Below, in pieces: positions 30,915 to 41,533 of a DNA stretch of 64,000 nt. This DNA is from a virus. Its lineage: Duplodnaviria > Caudoviricetes. Location of the stretch: IMG/VR virus record IMGVR_UViG_3300017721_001026, positions 89,809 through 153,808 of that record. One strand, 5' to 3'. Under the pieces are notes generated by a model. It saw only the letters and a list, made by a program, of their open reading frames with translations, was not told where the DNA came from and ran no database searches. Each line of letters starts with the position of its first letter. Within the stretch, counting starts at the first letter, position 1. The translations under genes and the position numbers were made by a program.

Positions 30915-31505
30915 TTAAACGTAAGATGATAGTGTTGTGAAATCTGCGACATTCAACGGATCTGTTTTACCGATTAGTTTGGAAGAGGCACATGTTAATC
31001 CTTTAATAAAGTTTGATACTATTTTCATTTCAGTATTTGCTACAATTTTTGCAACGTTTGGTGTAAAAAGTCTATATCCTACTTCTGCTTTTAAATCAAA
31101 AGATCCATCACATTTGAGTTTGATATCTTGGTTTGCTTCTATTTTAACATGACCTCTTCCAGTGGTCTCACCATTTGCTAGAATATCAATATCCCTAGCA
31201 ACCAGTCTAATACGACCATTGTCTGCTGTCAAGTTTATGTCACCATTAAGGCAATGAATATCTATTCCAGGTTCTGTACCATTTACAGTGTCACCACACT
31301 TTATCTGAAAAACACCAGGATTTCTTAAAGAAGTCCATCCTGCTCTATTTCCATCATTATCCATATGTAGATAGTGTAATGGATGGAAAGCTTCTAATCC
31401 AGCACCAGTAACTACACCGTCACCGCACTGAGTTCCAAGTAACAAATCACCTTGAGGGTTAGTTTTCTTTACCTGAACATGCCTTAATGCTTTTGAATCT
31501 GACAT
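30915..31505 (-). CDS. Putative baseplate spike beta-helix protein (gp5 C-terminal-like)
   Basis: 196 aa; short periodic strands GDINLTADNGRIRLVARDIDILA; immediately after gp5. Confidence 0.5.
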   Translation of the reverse strand: MSDSKALRHVQVKKTNPQGDLLLGTQCGDGVVTGAGLEAFHPLHYLHMDNDGNRAGWTSLRNPGVFQIKCGDTVNGTEPGIDIHCLNGDINLTADNGRIRLVARDIDILANGETTGRGHVKIEANQDIKLKCDGSFDLKAEVGYRLFTPNVAKIVANTEMKIVSNFIKGLTCASSKLIGKTDPLNVADFTTLSSYV

Positions 31506-31524
31506 ACTATGTTTTTATCTGTAT

Positions 31525-34374
31525 TTAGTATCCACCTCCACCACTTCCACTACTATATCCACCACTAGATGGTGGTGGTGTGGGTGTTGGTGCAGGAGGT
31601 GGTGTAGGTGCTGGTGTTGGTTGAGGAACCGTAGTAGTAGTCGTTGTTGCAGTTGGTGTAGGTATTGGATCTACAACCACACCTTCTGCAGATTCTTGTT
31701 CTTCATCAGCAGGAATTGGTTGAATAGCATTTCCAACTTTTGGAGTTGGTTTTGCGTATGGATCTCTCAAACTTTCTTCTGGAGTATCATAGATGTAGGA
31801 ATGATTTATCGGACTATGAAGTCTTCCAACCATCTTTCTTCCTTTATGTTTATGGTATGGTCCATAATATGGTTGTCCATTCACATAACCAATAACCAAT
31901 CTACCAATACAATCATCAACAGTAATAATTCTGTCACCAGAAAGAGTTTTTGCATTATCATCAGGATTTTCATCAATTCTCTTCTTAAATATTGGTAAGA
32001 TTATTGCATTAATACCTGTATTTGATCTTATGTAGATATCTGGATATGAACTAAACGTAGAACCAGGATCTTGAATTACAACTTCAATAAGTTGACCAAT
32101 ATCATTGAAAACTGGAACTAATTTTAAACCAGTATCTGATCCTCGTTTTTCTCCACCACCATCAACTACAATTACATCACCCTGCTTATAATTAAATCCA
32201 GGATTGTAAATATACACTGCATCTAGTATAATATCTGCCCTCTCACCACCACTGATAGGTCTATTATCACGTGGTCCTTTTATAAGTCTCCATTTGCCAC
32301 CATCCCAAATTGATTTATCTCCTTCTCTAACATCTTCACCAACAAATCCTTCCCAGTTACCAGTACCGTTTGTAACATTAGTATATGGAGAATTGATTTG
32401 AGGATCTGTAGGTGCAGTTCCAGTAAAATCTGCAGGACCTAGTTCATTCTTAAATGTATTTGTAGGAGTTGGAACTGTAAGTGACCCACCATTACACATT
32501 AAAATAGGACTTGTTGGTCCTTGACCACTAATAACTTGAATTACATTCCCATCTGGATCAAATACTTCAACTTCTGTATCTACTGGTAATGTAATACTGG
32601 GACAACGATCATATCCTTCTGCCTTATAAGGTATTTCAATTGCATCATCAGGTTTCTTTACTTCCCATTTACCAGTTTGATCTCTAAGAATTGCTTCTTC
32701 TGGTTTACTAATATTTGTAGAACCATCTGGTTCATCTAGATAACCATTGCCAGGTTGAACTACGAGAGCACCAACAATTTGAATATCATCACCTTGTTTT
32801 AGTGATGTATCTGCTGGACTATCTGGATTATTCGCATCATTAGTAATAAGTTCAATTTTATAACCACCACCATTTCCGCAAGCATCTGTGATACTAATTG
32901 TTGGTGTGTAAGTATACCCACTACCAAAACTACTAAAGTCAACACCCATGATCTGACCACCAAAGGTAATTAGATCAGCAGCAAGACCTTGACCACCTCC
33001 ACCACTGAAAGAAATACTAGGAGGACCACAAGGTAATTGTGATGTATTACATTCTGGACCGACTTCACCAGGGATTGCTTTGGAAATGTCATCCATAATG
33101 CCCGCAATTCCCTCAGACACATCTGCTGATAAACTAGATCCGTCCCAGAAACTCCACTGATCTTTATACTCACAGTTTGGAGTAGAATCACATTTTAAGA
33201 AATTAAGAAGACCTTGAATAATTTCAAGAACAGAGAATGCCTGACTAACTATTCCTGCTCCCTGTCCAACTAAACCAGCAATACCACTTACTGCACTATT
33301 AACAGCACCAGTAATCTCACCAAGAATATTACCAAGCATATCACCGACCATCTTCTCGGCAGCACACATTGGTGCCATCACATAATTATCAACCAACTGC
33401 TCGAACATACCCTTTGCCATCTGAAAGAGTGTATCCATAATTTTTTGGAATACACAAGCAAGAGTATCGGTAGTGGTTGATGCACCACCAGAGAATATCT
33501 GTCTCAAGTTTGGTGGTAACAACTCTCCAACATCTTTAAGACCAGCATTGATTTTGTTGAGGATAAATCCTCTCATCTTACCAACAATCATCTTAAAGAG
33601 ACTTGCAACTGCACCAGCAACTTGATTTGTAATGTTCTGTATGTTTGCTAGGATACTATTTGCAGTCTCAATCGCAGTTGATGCGAATAGTTTTATTCTT
33701 TTAATAGTTGCAAGAGCTCTTTGGATAAATCCTTGAACACCTTTTACTGGTCCAGCACCACCTTCACACTCAATATTTCTTTTTCTAGGTGATCCTTCCT
33801 TACCATCTGCCGTTTGTATAAGTTCCTTTTTTGTTTTTTGGGAAGAATCTGCACTGAATGATTCAATGATTTGCTTGTCTCCAGCTGCTGGTGCAGTGGG
33901 GATGGATGGTTCTTTTATGGATTTCGGTCCAGTCTTACCATCATAACCAGTTCTACCAACATATCCTTCTTCAGGATCTCCACCAAACAGTGCAGTATTT
34001 GGGTCGTTAGGAAGAGCTCCTAAAATGACTGGTTGTCTACCTTCAACCCCATCCCAGAACCAACCTACAACCCAGGATCCTTGAGCCAGACAAATAGTTT
34101 CACTATAACCACCATGACCAGTACCTGCAGTTACAGGGAGAATGACATCCGCCATATCCAGTTGTTGATCTGGGACAACTTTTACCTCAGAATCTCTACC
34201 GAATATTCTTACACGATATCTTGTACCATGACCTTTTTTATCTTGGCGATCATGGTTTTCTAGGACTTGATTTCCAATCCAAGTAGACTCGTCAACAATT
34301 TGACCAGTCCACCAGTACATTTGGTTTTTTGAAAGTCCAGTTGAATTATACTGGTTTGTTAACTGTCTGACCAT
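31525..34374 (-). CDS. gp5: Baseplate hub subunit gp5-like
   Basis: 949 aa; N-terminal OB-fold pattern WWTGQIVD...RYRVRIFG...GSWVVGWFWDG..GRQPVILG. Confidence 0.8.
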   Translation of the reverse strand: MVRQLTNQYNSTGLSKNQMYWWTGQIVDESTWIGNQVLENHDRQDKKGHGTRYRVRIFGRDSEVKVVPDQQLDMADVILPVTAGTGHGGYSETICLAQGSWVVGWFWDGVEGRQPVILGALPNDPNTALFGGDPEEGYVGRTGYDGKTGPKSIKEPSIPTAPAAGDKQIIESFSADSSQKTKKELIQTADGKEGSPRKRNIECEGGAGPVKGVQGFIQRALATIKRIKLFASTAIETANSILANIQNITNQVAGAVASLFKMIVGKMRGFILNKINAGLKDVGELLPPNLRQIFSGGASTTTDTLACVFQKIMDTLFQMAKGMFEQLVDNYVMAPMCAAEKMVGDMLGNILGEITGAVNSAVSGIAGLVGQGAGIVSQAFSVLEIIQGLLNFLKCDSTPNCEYKDQWSFWDGSSLSADVSEGIAGIMDDISKAIPGEVGPECNTSQLPCGPPSISFSGGGGQGLAADLITFGGQIMGVDFSSFGSGYTYTPTISITDACGNGGGYKIELITNDANNPDSPADTSLKQGDDIQIVGALVVQPGNGYLDEPDGSTNISKPEEAILRDQTGKWEVKKPDDAIEIPYKAEGYDRCPSITLPVDTEVEVFDPDGNVIQVISGQGPTSPILMCNGGSLTVPTPTNTFKNELGPADFTGTAPTDPQINSPYTNVTNGTGNWEGFVGEDVREGDKSIWDGGKWRLIKGPRDNRPISGGERADIILDAVYIYNPGFNYKQGDVIVVDGGGEKRGSDTGLKLVPVFNDIGQLIEVVIQDPGSTFSSYPDIYIRSNTGINAIILPIFKKRIDENPDDNAKTLSGDRIITVDDCIGRLVIGYVNGQPYYGPYHKHKGRKMVGRLHSPINHSYIYDTPEESLRDPYAKPTPKVGNAIQPIPADEEQESAEGVVVDPIPTPTATTTTTTVPQPTPAPTPPPAPTPTPPPSSGGYSSGSGGGGY

Positions 34375-34381
34375 GAGTTAC

Positions 34382-34609
34382 TCAGTCCTCATATACTAGG
34401 CATTCTGGTTCTGATGGGTTAGCATCACAATACAGTTCTAGTGGTGATGGATCATGATGATCACCTGCTTCAATTTCTTTCTTGTGATGCTCTGCATAAT
34501 CTTCCAACTCGTGCAACTCACCTTCAATATGACGACGTTGTTGTGGTGAGATGGTAGGATTCTCAAGAATCTTTTTATCTGTTTCGATGTGCGTTTCTAT
34601 GTTTTCCAT
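34382..34609 (-). CDS. cp12: CP12 Calvin-cycle inhibitor (phage type)
   Basis: SPQQRRH..ELHELE...DHHDPSPLELYCDANPSEPECLVYED; ATG at 34609 preferred over 34627. Confidence 0.9.
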   Translation of the reverse strand: MENIETHIETDKKILENPTISPQQRRHIEGELHELEDYAEHHKKEIEAGDHHDPSPLELYCDANPSEPECLVYED

Positions 34610-34616
34610 GTTTAAA

Positions 34617-35912
34617 TTATTCGACAATAGAGTCTCTGATAATATTTAGCTTGGTGTAGCAACCTTCTGCAGCAATTAAATGTGCAACGTCTGCTACTAA
34701 GTATTTTCCAGATTTTTTCTTAGATATATCTTTTCTTTTTTGATTGGCAGAAATTTCTGGAAAGTCACAATATACTACATCACCAGGGAAAATGCCAAAA
34801 TCACCATCTATCTTAAGATTTACATGAAATAAATTAGACTGATAGTATCTTTTTGCTGCAATCTGAGGTATTTCGTCATGGTTGAATGATGGTTCTTGTG
34901 CTGCATTAAGTTGTTTATCAAGAGTTGGTCCTGTTGGTTGAACACCAGTGTCTCTAAATTTGTGAGAAATATTCCCAGTAACTTTATCGGGTAATCCTAA
35001 ATGTGTACCAACTTGTGGTTTATCAGCACTTAAATTATTATCTCCTTGATACGAATCATCACTCGCATGTGAGGTTTGTGTGTATAAATGTGAATATGGA
35101 TCTATTGTTCTTGTTTTAGTATTTTGCAATGCACCAAGATGTAAAGTATCAATTATGTTTGTGTTGTTTGAAAATTCAACACTCAAAATTTTATTACTAT
35201 ATCCAGGAGGAAGTTTGGTAGTTTCTGTTAACAACATTCTTCTCTTTGGTTCCTGACTAAACATGACATCAATAGATCTAAAGTTTAATCCATTGTAAGT
35301 ATCAAATAAAAAGTAACCAGCAGATTTAGGAAACTTTTCTGGTTGTGCTTTGTTGCATAGTGTAGTAACAAAATCTAAAGGTCTTTCAGTACAACCCTTA
35401 ACTGGTAATTCAGTTACAGTTGGATCAATGGCAATTGGTCTCTGAGTAATTTTAGAAAGAACTTGATTTACAGTATCACTTATCTTCTGGTCGAACCTAG
35501 AAACAACATAGTTTTCTTCTAACTCATTTAATATAAAATCATCCATACACAAATCAATTCTGTGCATTTCTTTCATGGTATTTGTTGCCGATGATATCAC
35601 TTCAGCAATAGTAAACTCAGATGCTCCAGTGAATACTAATTCAACTTGATTTTCATCTACAACAGTTAGATCAACTTTTTCTCCCGTGATAAGATTTATT
35701 TCTCCAGATTGATCGGCAGATATTGTACCATCTTTTCCATCTATTCTTATTCCACTATCAAACATTTCAAAAGTAGCACGGACGGAATGATCAAAAATAC
35801 TTTGAAAGATTAAAATATGTGAAAATGCACCTTCCCCCAACAAACTAAGATCACTACCGTAGTTTGATGTAATCGTAAATTTCTTTACGTTATGTACTAA
35901 GGGTTTTGTCAT
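34617..35912 (-). CDS. Baseplate hub protein (gp27-like)
   Basis: 431 aa; between tape-measure-like genes and gp5; GYFLFDTYNGLNFRSID and IDGD..IFPGDVV...SGKYLV..VAH patterns. Confidence 0.6.
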   Translation of the reverse strand: MTKPLVHNVKKFTITSNYGSDLSLLGEGAFSHILIFQSIFDHSVRATFEMFDSGIRIDGKDGTISADQSGEINLITGEKVDLTVVDENQVELVFTGASEFTIAEVISSATNTMKEMHRIDLCMDDFILNELEENYVVSRFDQKISDTVNQVLSKITQRPIAIDPTVTELPVKGCTERPLDFVTTLCNKAQPEKFPKSAGYFLFDTYNGLNFRSIDVMFSQEPKRRMLLTETTKLPPGYSNKILSVEFSNNTNIIDTLHLGALQNTKTRTIDPYSHLYTQTSHASDDSYQGDNNLSADKPQVGTHLGLPDKVTGNISHKFRDTGVQPTGPTLDKQLNAAQEPSFNHDEIPQIAAKRYYQSNLFHVNLKIDGDFGIFPGDVVYCDFPEISANQKRKDISKKKSGKYLVADVAHLIAAEGCYTKLNIIRDSIVE

Positions 35913-38900
35913 TTATGTATAGTATTTGCTACCTGAGGTGCTTACTTTTTGACTGTTATTTGTATTACTATCAATTATATATGGTTGATTTATAAGAACT
36001 ATCTTAGTACCATCTTCTTCATAATCAGCATGACTTCTTAATTTATCATCACTATTTAGATTGACTGGAGTAATATTACTGGGACTTACAGAATTTGAAC
36101 TTGGTTTATTGAAAAATTGTGATTGTTGGCCAGCAGAAGTTGCTGCATGTTCTCTTGCACCCGCAAATATATCAGTGAATCCACTGGTTCCTTGTAGTGA
36201 TGAGAAGTTTGCTTGCTGACTATCCTCATTTTGAGTAGTTTCTTTTTCTTTCTTTGAGGGAATTATAGGTGGTCCTTTAGTAATTGTTGGAGTTTTAACT
36301 GGTTTTGCATCAACTCCATACTTACTAGAAAGTAATGCACTCACCTTTTCTGCATCAAATTTAGGTTTTTCTCCAGCTGGTGCCAGTGACTCTGGACCAT
36401 CAGCATCACTGATCCCTCTTATAGAATCAGTTTCGGAAGTTTTATTTGCTAATTCTGCTTTGAAGTTTCTAAAATGTTTTTTAACCATATCACGAATAAT
36501 TGGACCACCACTTCCAGGTTTTCCACCTTGCTTGATCATCCATAAATCCCATCTTGCACCAAGACCTCCCCATGCCGTAGGACCATAATTATCAGGTTGT
36601 CCATCTCCATCCGAATCAGCATGACCTGCCAATCCTCTTGGATCATAACCAGAACCTGCCTCAGCATGAGTCCAAATATTTTTATCAATATCACCTTCAC
36701 CCCATCCCCATTTAATTGCAAGTCTTGCCGCTTCAGCAGACATTTGATTTAACTGTTCATGTGTAACTGGTTTGCTGCCAAAATTATTCGGTGTGGCACC
36801 AGCCATTGCAGCAAGTGATAGTCCTACAGAATTACCATTCTTACCTTCAGTGTGCTTTCCTGTCACATCATAATCTTTATTTCTATAAACACTACCATCA
36901 CCTCCAAATATTGTATGGTATCCATAACTTTTACTTGCATCATTATAATTTCCAGCAGTCCAATGTAAGTAAATTTGAGTATCCTTACCTCTTGTTTTTC
37001 CTGGAGTAAAGTTTGGATCACCAAATTTAACTGGAGTAATTGTTCCAGTTCCAGATGGAAGGCTACGTCTACCACTACCTTGACTTACTGTCGGTCCACT
37101 TCCTCCAGGACTTTGAGATTCATCACCTTCAGAATCGTTGGTTCCTCGTTTATCAGTGGCAATAGATTTACTATAAACTGAACCTTCATTATTTGGATCC
37201 GATTCGGAGAAGAATGCTGTTCTTAAAACATTAAACTTTTTAACTAGATTATACTCTAAAGGATTTAATAAAGTAGCCCAACCACCAAGTTTTATCTTAC
37301 CAAGATTTAAGAAGGGAACCCATGATAAATCAATTTGTGGTCCATCTTGTTTTTGGATATTACTAATACCCTTCATCATCCATTCAGAAAATAATTTAGC
37401 ACCATTTACAACTTTTAAAATATCATTTTTCAGTCTCTTTCCAACCGCAGATGCACCTCCACCATTCAATAGTTCATACATCAGATCACCGACATATTCA
37501 CCAGCAAGTGTTCCAATGATTGTTCCTAAGAATGGAATTGGGATAAATGAACCAAGGAATCCACCAAGTGCAGAACCACCTACCTTAAACAATGCTCTAT
37601 CAAGTTTACCATCTTCCATATAGGAAGCAATACCAATCATAAGTGGACCAATAATTGGTATTCTACCTAGAGGTCCAGAACTAACTTTGGCAAATTTACT
37701 TGCAAGTCTTGCTCCTGATCTATTCAAACCAAGTCTTGCACCACGACCCATAATTCTGGTCTGAAGACGACTTCCAGATTTTGCAAGTCCTCTTCTAAAA
37801 ACACCACCCGCTCTTCCAGATGCTGGTCTTCCTCCAGCACCTGTTCCAAGACCAGGACCTGATGGTTTAGGAACAAACTTTTTGTTCCTAATCATCTTAT
37901 CCACATTTGCTTTTGCTCTCCTTGCTGCTTGAGTTGGAGTCTTACCAGATTTTATAGCATCATCATATGCATTCTGATATGCTCTAGCAGCATCATTACC
38001 ATACTTTCTTTCAAATAATTTTGCCTGCCGACCACGATTCATATATTCCGAAGTCTTACTTGCTCCTGATGCTGGTTTTCCACCAGGTGATAGTTTAGTT
38101 TGAGGTTGTACTCCAGGTTTTGCTCCAGGAGTCATACCATTAAGAGGAACTCCAGACATTGCCAAGATCATTGCAATGTTGATAAACTTGTTGAATTTTC
38201 CTAAGAACTTAGTATATTCTTTTTCAGCATCCTCACCACCAACACCTTCAATTTCTCTTCCTATTGCATCTGTAACATCATAGGCACCATCAACTACAGA
38301 TATAATTCCATTTAGAATTTTTCCTCCTAGATTTACAATAAATTCTGTTGCAGCAGCAAGATTTTTTACAATATTAAATACTGTCTCCCTATTCTCAAAT
38401 AAAAATATTAATATTTTACCAGCAATGACACTGAATATAAAGTTTTGGATGGCATCAATAATTCCACCTTTAGGAAGAATTTTTGAAAGTGCTGCTCCAC
38501 CAAGTCCAGCACCAATTTTAGATTTATTTTCTAGTTTTGTCTCTTTAGACTGTCTTTGTTCCTTTTCAAATAATTTTTTCTTAGTAGTTACATCTTTTTT
38601 CTCTTCTTTTATTGACTTACCAAGTAAATTTCTAATGTCAAGAACTTCCTTGTCGATACGTTCAAGTGTTCCTGGACCAGACTTTGGTGATCCAGATACT
38701 TGAGTTTTGTTATTTCTTGCTGGAATAGATGTTGAAGGTATAAGTGCAGTCTTTGGGTTTATTGTAATCGCATTACTTTTTCCTTGTTCTTGCCCTTGAG
38801 TCTGACGTTTAACAATTTGAGTATTTTTACCACCACTAAATGCTTTTTTTGCAGCACGTTTTGCTAGTTGACCACCAACTGCTCTTGAAATTGAACCTCC

Positions 38901-38915
38901 TAGCAATCCAATCAC
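35913..38915 (-). CDS. Tape-measure/hub-like protein with N-acetylmuramoyl-L-alanine amidase domain
   Basis: 1000 aa; IYLHWTAG, YH, HTEGKNGNSVG, IWTHAE amidase motifs; K/E coiled coil and Gly/hydrophobic helices. Confidence 0.75.
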   Translation of the reverse strand: MIGLLGGSISRAVGGQLAKRAAKKAFSGGKNTQIVKRQTQGQEQGKSNAITINPKTALIPSTSIPARNNKTQVSGSPKSGPGTLERIDKEVLDIRNLLGKSIKEEKKDVTTKKKLFEKEQRQSKETKLENKSKIGAGLGGAALSKILPKGGIIDAIQNFIFSVIAGKILIFLFENRETVFNIVKNLAAATEFIVNLGGKILNGIISVVDGAYDVTDAIGREIEGVGGEDAEKEYTKFLGKFNKFINIAMILAMSGVPLNGMTPGAKPGVQPQTKLSPGGKPASGASKTSEYMNRGRQAKLFERKYGNDAARAYQNAYDDAIKSGKTPTQAARRAKANVDKMIRNKKFVPKPSGPGLGTGAGGRPASGRAGGVFRRGLAKSGSRLQTRIMGRGARLGLNRSGARLASKFAKVSSGPLGRIPIIGPLMIGIASYMEDGKLDRALFKVGGSALGGFLGSFIPIPFLGTIIGTLAGEYVGDLMYELLNGGGASAVGKRLKNDILKVVNGAKLFSEWMMKGISNIQKQDGPQIDLSWVPFLNLGKIKLGGWATLLNPLEYNLVKKFNVLRTAFFSESDPNNEGSVYSKSIATDKRGTNDSEGDESQSPGGSGPTVSQGSGRRSLPSGTGTITPVKFGDPNFTPGKTRGKDTQIYLHWTAGNYNDASKSYGYHTIFGGDGSVYRNKDYDVTGKHTEGKNGNSVGLSLAAMAGATPNNFGSKPVTHEQLNQMSAEAARLAIKWGWGEGDIDKNIWTHAEAGSGYDPRGLAGHADSDGDGQPDNYGPTAWGGLGARWDLWMIKQGGKPGSGGPIIRDMVKKHFRNFKAELANKTSETDSIRGISDADGPESLAPAGEKPKFDAEKVSALLSSKYGVDAKPVKTPTITKGPPIIPSKKEKETTQNEDSQQANFSSLQGTSGFTDIFAGAREHAATSAGQQSQFFNKPSSNSVSPSNITPVNLNSDDKLRSHADYEEDGTKIVLINQPYIIDSNTNNSQKVSTSGSKYYT

Positions 38916-41362
38916 TGGAAGTCACCTCCTAATGTATTTGCAATCATGGTCTTTCTTACTTCAGCTGCAAGTTTTGATGGTGATGTTGTTGGGAAATCTG
39001 GATCAGTTGGTACATTCCCAGTTTCAGAATCGTTGGCAGGAAATCCTGCAATTGGAGGCATAGTTATAGCATCAGTAGAATTTTTGGGGACATGCTTCAA
39101 TCTCTCTGTAGGAGAAATTTTTTCTATCGGTAATGGAGTAAGTTGTGAATTTTCTTTTGGTAAGATTTTTGATGATATTTGCCCAGAAGGTTTTGCTAAT
39201 TTTGCTCTTGCACCTGCAAAAATATCAGAGAACGCACTAGTTCCTTTTAATGATGAGAAGTCTATATCATCATTGGGATTATCTATACGAATATTGTTAT
39301 AACTATTCTCAGTAATACCAGTTTGAGTACTAATTACGTTACCTTGAGAAGTTGCCCCAAATGATTTTACTGGATCTGACCATCCAAATCCTTCAAACAT
39401 AGAAATTGTGTTAGGAGGATCTCCAGGTCTTCCTTTTACATAATCACCTGCAACATATCCTTTAGTATTGGGATTTCCATCATTAGTAAAGGTTTCTTTT
39501 TCTTGTGTCCATGCTGGTACTTTATCCAAAGATGGAATCATAGATTTTGCTACAGTTGCTTTAGAATTTCTAAGTGCATCCATAGTTTCACTTACAGTAT
39601 GACGTGCTGCATTACCACCTTTACCTTCATAATAACTTTGTCCCGCACTTACTTGTTGTACATGACCTCTCATATTTTTGGGAACAGGAATTGATGCAAA
39701 TTCCATGGCAAGATCAATTTGTGCTGCCTCAATATCATTACTTTTACCCATCAAATACGAGGAAAGTCTTTCTCTTCCAGGTTTATTCAATAGAAGATTT
39801 GTGCCCATCTTATCCTGGTTTGACCTATTGAACATGTCATCATCTTTCAAACCAGTTCCATTTAATGCATTAGGCATAGTTTGTGGAGTTATTTGATAAC
39901 GACCAGCAGCATATAATTTACCAGAATTCTGATGTCTCCTTACTTCCCCAATAGTCATATCAAATAGATTCTTACCCAGTATTGTAGAAGCATTATTGGT
40001 GCTTCCCACGATTCTATTACCACTACTACCTTGATTCATGGAGTTATAATTACCCTCACCTTTAGAAACAAAATCTAGTAGTGGTTTAACTGCTCCAACA
40101 TATCCACCACCTGATGCATATGTGGTTCCACTTACCATTCTTGGTTTATTTGTACCACCACCAGCAGCATTGATAGATTCCATAAAACCACTACCAAACT
40201 TATCAACAGCACCACGACTCATTACAAACTCACCTGGAGTAAGCATGGCAGGAACAGTGTCAGTTCCACGAGCCATACCACCACCAGAAAATCCTTCTCG
40301 TTCATTCAAAGAAGGTAGTATACCTCTAGTAAATGTTTCCATAATACTACCAGGTTTTGATAGTTCATCTGCTTGCTTCTTTGGAGTAGCATCAGTCAGA
40401 CCTTTACTTTCTAGTTGTTGTTCAGTGCTATCCTTAGCCCTGAATGCTAAAGCACCAGCACCGATGGCAGTGGCAATCGCAGCAGCTGCAAGTGGATTCT
40501 TTGCTGCAAAACCTATTAACGCAGGTATTGCTCTTGTTACTAAGAACGCAGTAAGTCTTGCCATTCCACTTACTACGGTTCTAATAAAACTACCTAGTGG
40601 AGTAGCAAATAATACGAATGCAGCAGTAAGTGCTGGCCACCAATCTTTTAAGAACCTACCAAGAGTATCAAGTTTTTTCTTATTCTTTGGATCTGACATC
40701 CATTCAATAATATTGACAAGAATTTTACCCAGAACTACATTCTTTATCCAATTAAATATTGTATCAAATATACTTAGTTGAGGTAAAGCACCTTTTAATT
40801 TTTTAAGGAAACCTTTTCCTTTCTTATCTTTTTCTAAAGATTCTTCTTTTGCTTTTCTTTTTTTCTTCTGAAGGTTCTTTCTTTCAATGTCTCTAATACT
40901 CTTAGTTACATTAAGTCTTTCCTTAATCAGACCTTTTATTGCAATAATATTTTTTAGAATACTAGAGAGAAGTTTATCACTCTTATCTACTTTTACATTC
41001 TTCTTCTCAATCTTAGATTCTTCTACAGATTCTTCTGTAGGTTTCTGATATGGAACAAGAGCAGAACTTGGAAGTGCCCTTACTTCAGATACTTTTGCTT
41101 TGGATTTAAAAGAACTCTTGGATATTTTTGCCGTTTTTGCCTTGAACTTTGGATCTGCTGCTTTTCTTTTCTTTCTTACTGCTATAATTTCTTTTCTTAA
41201 TGCTTCAGATCTATCATCCCCAGCACCTTTTGTTTGGAACTCAATGGTTGCTGCTGCTTCCATCAAGGCACTAAGATAATCTTCCTCACCAGAGAGGTTA
41301 TCTAGGTCTACACCCATCTCTAAGAGTATTTCTATTGGATCGGTAGTAGTCCTAGATGCCAT
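38912..41362 (-). CDS. Tape-measure/hub-like protein with lysozyme-like domain
   Basis: 816 aa; LLDFVSKGEG.YN...AAGRYQI..T...NQD...LAMEFASIP; GTDTVPAMLTPGEFVM. Confidence 0.75.
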   Translation of the reverse strand: MASRTTTDPIEILLEMGVDLDNLSGEEDYLSALMEAAATIEFQTKGAGDDRSEALRKEIIAVRKKRKAADPKFKAKTAKISKSSFKSKAKVSEVRALPSSALVPYQKPTEESVEESKIEKKNVKVDKSDKLLSSILKNIIAIKGLIKERLNVTKSIRDIERKNLQKKKRKAKEESLEKDKKGKGFLKKLKGALPQLSIFDTIFNWIKNVVLGKILVNIIEWMSDPKNKKKLDTLGRFLKDWWPALTAAFVLFATPLGSFIRTVVSGMARLTAFLVTRAIPALIGFAAKNPLAAAAIATAIGAGALAFRAKDSTEQQLESKGLTDATPKKQADELSKPGSIMETFTRGILPSLNEREGFSGGGMARGTDTVPAMLTPGEFVMSRGAVDKFGSGFMESINAAGGGTNKPRMVSGTTYASGGGYVGAVKPLLDFVSKGEGNYNSMNQGSSGNRIVGSTNNASTILGKNLFDMTIGEVRRHQNSGKLYAAGRYQITPQTMPNALNGTGLKDDDMFNRSNQDKMGTNLLLNKPGRERLSSYLMGKSNDIEAAQIDLAMEFASIPVPKNMRGHVQQVSAGQSYYEGKGGNAARHTVSETMDALRNSKATVAKSMIPSLDKVPAWTQEKETFTNDGNPNTKGYVAGDYVKGRPGDPPNTISMFEGFGWSDPVKSFGATSQGNVISTQTGITENSYNNIRIDNPNDDIDFSSLKGTSAFSDIFAGARAKLAKPSGQISSKILPKENSQLTPLPIEKISPTERLKHVPKNSTDAITMPPIAGFPANDSETGNVPTDPDFPTTSPSKLAAEVRKTMIANTLGGDFQ

Positions 41363-41531
41363 TTGCTGTTTGTTGTTTTAACTTCTCTTCATCAAGATGT
41401 TGTTGAAGTAGCATAACGTAGATATCACGTTCGATCGGAATCATATTCTCGATCTCTGTTAATGAGTATTTATGGTACTGCATCAAGGCAAAATTGAGAC
41501 GGAAATAGTTCTCAAGATCCATATGGATCAT
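41352..41531 (-). CDS. gp51: Small baseplate hub assembly protein (cyanophage gp51-like); absent from the ORF track
   Basis: 59 aa read by eye: MIHMDLENYFRLNFALMQYHKYSLTEIENMIPIERDIYVMLLQQHLDEEKLKQQTANGI. Confidence 0.85.
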   Translation of the reverse strand: MIHMDLENYFRLNFALMQYHKYSLTEIENMIPIERDIYVMLLQQHLDEEKLKQQTANGI

Positions 41532-41533
41532 GC

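Noticed and set aside
3898-41000. Many plus-strand and alternate-frame ORFs overlapping the large structural genes (e.g. 8277-8960, 17036-17659, 40122-40781)
   Set aside because: Shadow frames of Gly/Thr/Ser-rich genes with biased codons; no RBS or recognisable motifs.
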